DNA of 10,079 nucleotides from a virus: IMG/VR virus record IMGVR_UViG_3300035696_000755; one strand, 5' to 3'. Shown piece by piece: positions 1 to 5,991 of this stretch (position 1 is its first letter; each line of letters starts with the position of its first letter). The notes under the pieces were generated by a model. It saw only the letters and a program-made list of their open reading frames with translations, ran no database searches and was not told where the DNA came from. The position numbers and the translations under genes were made by a program.

Positions 1-2
1 AT

Positions 3-236
3 TGCAAAGACCATGACCCGGCGTTCGCCCGGTGGACTGGTTTCTGGCCGGGACAACTGGAGTGCATCGCCCTTGGCATGATGGCGATGTGGCAGGGGGG
101 CGGTCCGTTCACTCCCGGCGAAGCCGCCGCCGACTTGAACCGCTTCATGGTCGGTCCCTACCCCCGTCTCTTTTACGTCAAGCCCAAGGTAGCGAAACCC
201 AAGGCGAAAGCGAAAGCAAAGGTGGCTGGCAAATGA
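3..236 (+). CDS. 5'-partial CDS: C-terminal fragment of a hypothetical protein ending in a Lys/Ala/Pro-rich cationic tail (...FYVKPKVAKPKAKAKAKVAGK*)
   Basis: Frame 3 is open from the window edge to TGA 234-236 and its translation is protein-like (…ECIALGMMAMWQGGGPFTPGEAAADLNRFMVGPYPRLFYVKPKVAKPKAKAKAKVAGK). The alternative frame (ORF 32..466) gives an R/S-rich junk N-terminus. The stop overlaps the next start as ATGA. Confidence 0.45.
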   Translation, partial: CKDHDPAFARWTGFWPGQLECIALGMMAMWQGGGPFTPGEAAADLNRFMVGPYPRLFYVKPKVAKPKAKAKAKVAGK

Positions 237-466
237 AACTGGTCATATCTCAGCGGCTGGCTCTTGGTCTCGGGATTGTTCACGGGGTTCGGATGGGATG
301 TGCGGTTGCCACGATTCTCCTCGTAATCGCACACATCATCAACCCAAGCGTTTCCTTGCTCCTAGTGGCTCTCACCGCGTGTGCCGGTACTGCGGCTACC
401 TTGCTTTACTCCATACTGGTGGACAAGGCTCAAAAAGCCCTCGCTGCTCACCTGAAAAAGCTGTAA
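233..466 (+). CDS. small membrane protein, 77 aa with two predicted TM helices (holin-like topology; function unknown)
   Basis: ATG 233 is preceded by AAAGGTGG (218-225) with a 7-nt spacer. The start overlaps the upstream stop (aATGa), which suggests translational coupling. Two hydrophobic stretches are visible: LALGLGIVHGV…AVATILLVIAHII and VSLLLVALTACAGTAATLLYSIL. Confidence 0.5.
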   Translation: MKLVISQRLALGLGIVHGVRMGCAVATILLVIAHIINPSVSLLLVALTACAGTAATLLYSILVDKAQKALAAHLKKL

Positions 467-469
467 AAC

Positions 470-528
470 TGAAAAAATTTTCCTGATTTACTAGCCAAAA
501 CGTCGGTGCAGCCGGTATACTGTGTGTA
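470..528 (+). promoter_or_regulatory. sigma70-like promoter with UP-element A-tract (aaaaaatttt), -35-like TAGCCA (492-497), 18-bp spacer, -10 TATACT (516-521), predicted TSS ~527. Conserved module CTAGCCAAAAC-N12-GGTATACT.
   Basis: Almost the same module recurs at 4425-4488 with identical spacing. It sits 16-25 nt upstream of the GGAGAG RBS (528-533) and ATG 544. Confidence 0.5.
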
Positions 529-543
529 GGAGAGAAAAACCTC

Positions 544-3060
544 ATGCAGCTTGGAACCCAAGGCACCGACGCAAAGATTGCTGGAAATGCTTCCGCACCA
601 TCCAGCTTCAAGATTGCAGCCTCTACCGTCACCTTCGAAATCCTGTCCAGCGGCTTGTACGGCGATAAAGTTGGAGCCGTTATCCGCGAACTGTCCTGCA
701 ATGCATGGGACGCTCATGTGGCGGCTGGCAAGCCCTACGAGCCCTTCGAGATTAACCTTCCCACCCAGTTCAATCCCATCTTCACCGTCAAGGACTACGG
801 CACCGGCCTCAAGTTCGTTAAGGGCGGATGTGAGACCTGCCACGGCACTGGCAAGCTGGCTGCTGACATTGCTTGCGACGACTGCAACGGCACGGGCGAC
901 TATGACGGCGTGATGAGCCTCTACTGCACCTACTTTGCCTCGAACAAGAACCAGAGCAATGAGTTCATCGGTGCTCTCGGTCTTGGCTCCAAATCGCCCT
1001 TCGCCTACACCAACAAGAAGGCTGGCGATGGCTCTACACAGTCGGGCGGCTTCACGGTCACCAATCGCTACAACGGTCGCACCTACATCTACACAGCCAT
1101 GGTCAAGAATGGATTCCCGACCGTGGTTCCGATGCAGGTACTCGACACGCCGGGTACTCCGAACGGTCTGGAAGTTTCCTTCCCGGTTGACCGTCGCGAC
1201 ATTTGGGAGTTCGAGAACAAGGCTGCGAACGTTTTCGAGTTTTTCCAACCGCGTCCGAAGTTGAACAAGCCCATCACTATCAGAACGCCCACCTACTCGG
1301 TGAAGACTGCTCAGTGGGGTATGCGTACCGATGAGGATACCGCACAAGGCGATGGTCTCCGGGCGATTCAAGGCAACGTGCCCTACAGCGTCGGCAACAT
1401 CGACCAGAGCCGCTTGAGTGAGGCTCAGAAGAAGCTGGTCTCAATGCCCATCGACCTGTTCTTCAACATTGGAGAACTGAGCGTGGCCGCATCACGCGAG
1501 GCTCTGCAACTGGACGACAAGACCATTGGCAACATCTTGGGACGGTTGGACGTTGTGCAGGAGAAGCTTCTGGAGGAAGTCAAGAAGAAGGTTGATGCTT
1601 GCAAGACAGCGTGGGAAGCACGGCTCAAGATTCACGAGTTGACCATGCAGACCGGCATGGGCAGTCTGGTCAACGACGCCTACAACCGTGGGTTGCTGAA
1701 TGGCAAGTACAGCTTCTTCAAGCTGGAGGGAGATTCCAAGACGGTTGGCGGGTTCAAGGTGGTTGTCAACGAACTTGACTACTTGCACGTTGAACTGCTC
1801 TCCTTCCGCTACTGCGACCGCCGCAATGCGAAGAAGTCGAAGAAGGAACCTGTCTTCGAGTTCGCAACCCCCACCAAGAGGGCACAGGCTCATCGCGATT
1901 TGGGCTCGAACATCACCGAGAAGAAAGACTACGACATCAAGCTGGACGTGAGCGAGAACGTAATCTTCGTGATTAACGACCTCAGAACCAATGCTGACAA
2001 GTACGTCAGCTACATGCTCCAGAACGACGACAGGAGCAACACCTACCGCACGGATGCAGCGGGTAATGTTCGCCGCAAGGCATTGGTGATTAACCGGCTG
2101 CGTCGTAACAGCGATATGGTGCTGGCAGGTAACGAGGCTGTCGCCATGCTCGACCGCATCGGCAACCCCCCGGTGGTCAAGGCATCCGACCTCAAGGCAG
2201 CATTCGACCCGCTGATGAAGGCTGAGAAGGCAGTACAGGTTGTCAAGCGTGAACGGATGAACGTTCGTCTCCTGCGTCGGTATGCTGAGCACACTCGGCG
2301 TAGCTCGGGCGGTGGCTGGAAGAAGCAGTGGAGAAACGGTGACGACAACGAGACGCTCAACGACCCCACGGCGACCAAGTTCTACGTGCTGATTACTGGG
2401 CACCCGACCTTTGAACCCACCAACCTGCCGGGATTCTACTATGGCAGCAACTTCATCGCTTTCGTGAACAAGGTCCGCGATTCCAACCTGTTCCCGGAGA
2501 TTGGCGAAAGCACCCCGGTGTTCGGCATCAAGGCTGGCTCCAAGCTGCTCTCAGACCCACTCTTTGTGGAGTTCCTGCCCTTCGTGAAGGCTCGGGTAGC
2601 CACGACCATCACCCCGGCTAAGGAAATGGAACTGAGCCTCGCTGTGAAGCCGTTCTCTTCGAACTGGAAGAGCATCATGGAGTACGTGGCTGAGCATCCT
2701 CAACTGCTGACAGTGGACAGCCCGTTCCGCCAGTTCTCGCTGGCAATCTACAAGGCGGAACACGCCGACCGGGATGGCCACAGCAATCTGGTAACCCTCG
2801 CCAACGCACTGGGGATTGCCATCAACAACACCGCCGACTACAATCAGGCATGGGCAAAGGTGATAAAAAATTACCCAATCCTGAAAATTTGTAACCGAAA
2901 CACCTACGGTTCTGGTACACTGGAAGAGAAGACTGTTCTGGTGGACTACATCCGGCACACTGATGAGCAGAACAAACGGTTGGTTCTGTCCGATGTCCGA
3001 GTGGTAACCGACGAAACCGCAACCGAGACCGAAGATGAAGAGGAGACCGTCAATGTCTAA
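544..3060 (+). CDS. GHKL (Bergerat-fold, Hsp90/MutL/TopoVI-B/His-kinase type) ATPase, 838 aa, with a double CxxCxGxG zinc-knuckle insertion in the ATP-lid. The large C-terminal region is unassigned.
   Basis: N-box IRELSCNAWDA (nt 682-714) fits ExxxNAxDA. G1 box VKDYGTGL (787-810) fits DxGxG. G2 box GALGLGSKSPFAY (970-1008) fits GxxGxGxxS. CETCHGTG and CDDCNGTG (829-852, 874-897) lie between G1 and G2. The RBS GGAGAG is 10 nt upstream of the ATG. The protein ends in an acidic tail (TETEDEEETVNV). Confidence 0.75.
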   Translation: MQLGTQGTDAKIAGNASAPSSFKIAASTVTFEILSSGLYGDKVGAVIRELSCNAWDAHVAAGKPYEPFEINLPTQFNPIFTVKDYGTGLKFVKGGCETCHGTGKLAADIACDDCNGTGDYDGVMSLYCTYFASNKNQSNEFIGALGLGSKSPFAYTNKKAGDGSTQSGGFTVTNRYNGRTYIYTAMVKNGFPTVVPMQVLDTPGTPNGLEVSFPVDRRDIWEFENKAANVFEFFQPRPKLNKPITIRTPTYSVKTAQWGMRTDEDTAQGDGLRAIQGNVPYSVGNIDQSRLSEAQKKLVSMPIDLFFNIGELSVAASREALQLDDKTIGNILGRLDVVQEKLLEEVKKKVDACKTAWEARLKIHELTMQTGMGSLVNDAYNRGLLNGKYSFFKLEGDSKTVGGFKVVVNELDYLHVELLSFRYCDRRNAKKSKKEPVFEFATPTKRAQAHRDLGSNITEKKDYDIKLDVSENVIFVINDLRTNADKYVSYMLQNDDRSNTYRTDAAGNVRRKALVINRLRRNSDMVLAGNEAVAMLDRIGNPPVVKASDLKAAFDPLMKAEKAVQVVKRERMNVRLLRRYAEHTRRSSGGGWKKQWRNGDDNETLNDPTATKFYVLITGHPTFEPTNLPGFYYGSNFIAFVNKVRDSNLFPEIGESTPVFGIKAGSKLLSDPLFVEFLPFVKARVATTITPAKEMELSLAVKPFSSNWKSIMEYVAEHPQLLTVDSPFRQFSLAIYKAEHADRDGHSNLVTLANALGIAINNTADYNQAWAKVIKNYPILKICNRNTYGSGTLEEKTVLVDYIRHTDEQNKRLVLSDVRVVTDETATETEDEEETVNV

Positions 3061-4318
3061 CGCAACTGCAATTCCGTATGTTCTTCAAGACGACTTCATT
3101 TCCGTGGTGCTGGAGGGCAAGACCCATCTGGCGACCAAGGGACAAGCGACCTTCAAGCAGCTTTACCGGGCTCTCTCGCGTGGCGACTGGGCTCGTGTAC
3201 CCAAGCTGTTGACCATCACGTCCCAACTGGCGGAGCGGACGCATGGCAAGGTGGAAGTCACTGCCGAGGGCGTGTCCTACAAGGGGCAGAAGGTGGACAA
3301 CACCCTGACGGCGAAGATTCTCGAACTCATCGAGCATGGCAAGCCGGTGTCCAGTTGGATTCGCTTCATGGACAACCTGTACCAGCAGCCCGATGTGAAC
3401 ACAGTCAACCGTGTGTACGACTGGATTAACTCCGGTCGGTATGCCATCACGACTGACGGATGCATCGTCGGCTACAAGGTGGTACGCCCGAACTACAAGG
3501 ACAAGCACTCCGGCACCGTGGACAACCACATCGGCGCTCGTCCGCTGATGGCCCGCTCCGAGGTTGACCCGAGTGAGTTCGTGGAGTGTTCTCGTGGCTA
3601 CCACGTCTGCACTCGTGGGTACATCCATGGGTTCTACAGCACAGGCGACCACATCATGGTTGTCAAGGTCAACCCGGCTGATGTAGTTGCCAGCCCCCTG
3701 AACTTCGGTCACCGCAAGTTCCGCTGCTGGACGTATGAGGTCATTGCGGAGGTTCTTCCTCACGAAATCGACAATCTGGTGTCCGACACGGAAGACGCGG
3801 CCATCATGATGCAGCCGGTGATTGAGGTTCCCAACGACCGTCACGACATCATCAAGAAGGTCAAGGCTCTGCCGACTGTGAAGCGCCTCATGCGGCGTGG
3901 CAAGCTGACTGCGGCCAGCTTCTCCAAGGCATCCACTGAGCGGCTGATTGGCTGGCTCCGCAAGTTCAGCCGGTTGGACATCGCCCCGTCGAAGTCCAAG
4001 CTGTTCGAGAACCCTCTCCGCTTCGCTCGTGAGGCGGCTGGTCTCACCTTGGGTCAGGTGCGGGGTGCCGCTGGCATGACGCTGCAAGAGGTCTACAATG
4101 CTGAGCGGTGCTTGAAGCCGTCGCAGGAGGTCATTGACCGGATTCTGATTGCGATTGCCAAGCTGCAAGGCAACAACGACATTGGTCAGGCTGGAGTCTC
4201 GTACCCCCGCCCCGCCACGGTCAACTCCTGCACCTACTACCGCACCGACTCTGTGGCGTCTGTTGACGACACTGACGAGGATGAGGAAGAGGAGTGGGAT
4301 GAGGACGACGAGTTTTAG
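3053..4318 (+). CDS. hypothetical protein, 421 aa. The N-terminal domain is unknown. There is a C-terminal XRE/Cro-C1-type helix-turn-helix, followed by a strongly acidic tail ending in Phe (…DDTDEDEEEEWDEDDEF).
   Basis: ATG 3053 overlaps the upstream TAA (ATGTCTAA), and RBS GAGGAG sits at 3038-3043 with a 7-nt spacer. The ORF track shows the frame open from 3035, and I chose 3053 because of the SD. Residues …LRFAREAAGLTLGQVRGAAGMTLQEVYNAERCLKPSQEVIDRILIAIAKL (about nt 4010-4170) fit the XRE HTH pattern. Confidence 0.7.
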   Translation: MSNATAIPYVLQDDFISVVLEGKTHLATKGQATFKQLYRALSRGDWARVPKLLTITSQLAERTHGKVEVTAEGVSYKGQKVDNTLTAKILELIEHGKPVSSWIRFMDNLYQQPDVNTVNRVYDWINSGRYAITTDGCIVGYKVVRPNYKDKHSGTVDNHIGARPLMARSEVDPSEFVECSRGYHVCTRGYIHGFYSTGDHIMVVKVNPADVVASPLNFGHRKFRCWTYEVIAEVLPHEIDNLVSDTEDAAIMMQPVIEVPNDRHDIIKKVKALPTVKRLMRRGKLTAASFSKASTERLIGWLRKFSRLDIAPSKSKLFENPLRFAREAAGLTLGQVRGAAGMTLQEVYNAERCLKPSQEVIDRILIAIAKLQGNNDIGQAGVSYPRPATVNSCTYYRTDSVASVDDTDEDEEEEWDEDDEF

Positions 4319-4329
4319 GTGCATGAACA

Positions 4330-4362
4330 GGGCGGTCACGCAAACCACCGCCCACTTTTCTC
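4330..4362 (+). terminator. Rho-independent terminator 1: stem GGGCGGT / ACCGCCC, 9-nt loop, then ACTTTTCTCC
   Basis: A perfect 7-bp GC-rich inverted repeat lies 12 nt after the TAG stop (4316-4318) and is followed by a T-rich tract. Confidence 0.5.
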
Positions 4363-4387
4363 CTCGTTCATTTGGAATGCACCTAGC

Positions 4388-4420
4388 CGGGGGAGCCACA
4401 TGGCTCCCCCGTACTTTTCT
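4388..4420 (+). terminator. Rho-independent terminator 2: 10-11 bp perfect stem (C)GGGGGAGCCA / TGGCTCCCCC(G) followed by TACTTTTCTCG
   Basis: A near-perfect palindrome sits at 4388-4411 and is followed by the same ACTTTTCTC tail as terminator 1. The two hairpins are in tandem. Confidence 0.65.
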
Positions 4421-4424
4421 CGAA

Positions 4425-4488
4425 AAAAGTTCAAAAAATTTGCCAAAAAACTAGCCAAAACCTCTCGGTCGCAGGTATACTATGGATA
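4425..4488 (+). promoter_or_regulatory. second copy of the conserved promoter module (A-tract aaaaaattt; CTAGCCAAAAC 4451-4461; -10 TATACT 4476-4481)
   Basis: The 11-mer and the GGTATACT element are identical to those at 491-521, with identical 12-nt spacing. It lies immediately upstream of the Ku ORF. Confidence 0.5.
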
Positions 4489-5465
4489 TGGCAAGCACAA
4501 TGACACAAACCGACCTACTGGCTGCGGCACTCGCCGCCGGCCTCGCCCCAACCAAGCCACAGTTGAGCACCGCCTCTGCCGAGAAGGCTATGGTCTCTCG
4601 GGCGACATGGACGGGTGTTCTTAGCTTCAACGTTCTGAACATGAACGTCAAAACCTTCAAGTCCATCGAGGCCGAGAAGGTGGAACTGAACATGGTTCAC
4701 GCTTGCAACCACGCCGACATTGAGAAGGCGATTGCGGACGGCAAACCGGCTCCTGAGCCCAACTACAACCAACTCAAGCAGGGTGCAATGACCTGCCCCG
4801 TGTGCAGCGAAGCGGTTGAACGCGCCAACATCCTCAAGGGCTACCAGTACGAAGACGGCAAGTTCGCCATCGTCACCGACGAGGAGAAGAAGGCCTGCCA
4901 AGTCGCCAACGAGAAGGTCATGCCCATCGAGAAGTTCGTGGACGTGAACGAAATCGACCCGGTTTACTTCGCGGCTTCCGAGTACATCGCTCCCGCCGAC
5001 GAGACCTCCAAGATTCCTTTCGCCATCCTGCGTCAGGCAATGGTCGAGCAGAACACCGTCGCCATCGTCAAGACCAACCAGCGTGGTCGTCAGGAGACGG
5101 CGGTCATTCGCCCCTACGGCAACGACGGCGGCATGATTGTCAGCTACCTGTACTTCGACAACGAAGTTCGCGGTTGCGACAAGTGGACGAAGGTCAACCT
5201 CGACGGACCGAAGGAATCGGCTCTGGTGGACATCGCCACTCAGTTGGTCGCTTCCATGACCGGCACCTTCAACGTGACCGAGTATTCCGACCTGTCCATG
5301 CGCCAGTACAAGGGACTCATCAACGACAAGATTATGGGCAAGGTGCCCACCGCGACCGTGATTGCCCCGGCTCCCACCGTGGACAAGAAGATGGACTTGA
5401 TGTCGCTCCTGTCTGGTGCTCTCGCCAGCGTCAAGGGCACCAAAGCCAAGGGCGCAGCGGCTTAA
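4482..5465 (+). CDS. ku: Ku-family DNA end-binding protein (bacterial/phage NHEJ Ku homolog) with a Lys-rich C-terminal tail. The start is ambiguous: ATG 4482 or 4488 gives a leaderless 36-aa N-extension, while ATG 4590 (MVSRATWTG…) aligns with canonical Ku N-termini.
   Basis: RATWTGVLSFNVLNMNVKTFKS matches the bacterial Ku N-terminal signature (compare M. tuberculosis Ku MRAIWTGSIAFGLVNVPVKVYSA). Other segments that align with bacterial Ku are QGAMTCPVCSEAVE…YEDGKFAIVTDEE, IDPVYFAASEYIAP, IPFAILRQAM…AIVKTNQRGRQETAVIRPYG and the C-terminal tail …MDLMSLLSGALASVKGTKAKG. Confidence 0.85.
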   Translation: MDMASTMTQTDLLAAALAAGLAPTKPQLSTASAEKAMVSRATWTGVLSFNVLNMNVKTFKSIEAEKVELNMVHACNHADIEKAIADGKPAPEPNYNQLKQGAMTCPVCSEAVERANILKGYQYEDGKFAIVTDEEKKACQVANEKVMPIEKFVDVNEIDPVYFAASEYIAPADETSKIPFAILRQAMVEQNTVAIVKTNQRGRQETAVIRPYGNDGGMIVSYLYFDNEVRGCDKWTKVNLDGPKESALVDIATQLVASMTGTFNVTEYSDLSMRQYKGLINDKIMGKVPTATVIAPAPTVDKKMDLMSLLSGALASVKGTKAKGAAA

Positions 5466-5481
5466 CCCCTAACCCGGTATC

Positions 5482-5509
5482 GCCGGAGGCTTCGGCCTCC
5501 GGCTTTGCC
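5482..5509 (+). terminator. Rho-independent terminator: stem GCCGGAGGC / GCCTCCGGC with TTCG tetraloop, then TTTGCC
   Basis: A perfect 9-bp stem with a UUCG-type loop begins 17 nt after the Ku stop. The downstream T-tract is short, so the terminator may be partial or leaky. Confidence 0.5.
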
Positions 5510-5522
5510 ATATCGGAGTGTT

Positions 5523-5984
5523 ATGACTTCTCTCGCTGAACATGAGTACCTGTTGTACCGTGAACTGCATGGTCAGCTTCTGACCAGCCGCCTCGCTTTC
5601 CACAGCTTTTGCAGAACTGCCACACAAAAAGTTGCAGACGGCAACTTCATCCTGTACACTAAGGGTGCGTACATGTTGCCGGGGTGGCAGGAGTTCGTGA
5701 CCGAGTTTGCCTTCCCGCTGAACGAGCAAACCAAGAAGGTGATTCTCAAGATTCAGGAACTGGAAGACGCGAGAGCCGACATACTCGCTCCCGCCCTACA
5801 ACAGTTCCTCTCCTACGTCAACGACTGGACTGTCCTACACACGGCGTATGTCAACGGGGAGAACCCCACGTACAACTGGACTGCCGGTCGCAACTTCCCG
5901 TACGGGGTAGACGACTACGTTGAAGCTGTTCTCGTTGACCTTGCCGGGAAGCCCGAAGTCAAGCACCTGTTGTTCTTCATCTGA
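5523..5984 (+). CDS. hypothetical protein, 153 aa
   Basis: ATG 5523 has GGAG at 5515-5518. The upstream TTG 5505 lies inside the terminator stem and is unlikely to be the start. No motif was recognised. Confidence 0.55.
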   Translation: MTSLAEHEYLLYRELHGQLLTSRLAFHSFCRTATQKVADGNFILYTKGAYMLPGWQEFVTEFAFPLNEQTKKVILKIQELEDARADILAPALQQFLSYVNDWTVLHTAYVNGENPTYNWTAGRNFPYGVDDYVEAVLVDLAGKPEVKHLLFFI

Positions 5985-5991
5985 GGCGCAC

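Noticed and set aside
32-232. N-terminal 67 codons of ORF 32..466 (frame 2)
   Set aside because: The translation is R/S/G-rich junk (…RRSRRRLEPLHGRSLPPSLLRQAQGSETQGESESKGGWQ). Frame 3 over the same region gives a protein-like C-terminus ending at 236, and the real frame-2 gene more plausibly starts at ATG 233, which has an SD.
551-1264. Alternative-frame + strand ORFs (551..913, 935..1264) inside the GHKL gene
   Set aside because: Their translations are P/S/T/R-rich, typical of off-frame reading of a GC-rich gene. The main frame carries the GHKL motifs.
448-1371. 307-aa minus-strand ORF antisense to the GHKL gene
   Set aside because: The translation is low-complexity and R/G/V/L-rich, with no start context. 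It lies fully inside a well-supported + strand gene with clear motifs. This is the usual antisense open frame seen in GC-rich coding sequence.
1492-2403. 303-aa minus-strand ORF antisense to the GHKL gene
   Set aside because: Same reasoning as above: junk-like composition, no RBS, and it overlaps a confident + strand CDS.
3053-4318. Possibility that gene 2 is a TopoVI-A/Spo11-like or Toprim partner of the GHKL ATPase (making a type IIB topoisomerase)
   Set aside because: I could not find a Toprim E…DxD motif or a winged-helix catalytic-Tyr region. The C-terminus is instead an XRE-type HTH. Gene 1 likewise lacks a recognisable transducer or Toprim domain. I am keeping it only as a hypothesis that structure search can exclude.
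3050-4399. 449-aa minus-strand ORF antisense to the HTH-protein gene
   Set aside because: It spans almost exactly the + strand gene 2, including the terminator hairpins. The composition is R/G/V/L/H-rich, typical of a shadow ORF. The + strand gene has an SD, translational coupling and an HTH motif.
5505-5522. TTG start at 5505 for the 5505..5984 ORF
   Set aside because: It lies inside the terminator stem-loop downstream of ku. ATG 5523, which has GGAG 5 nt upstream, is the more plausible start.
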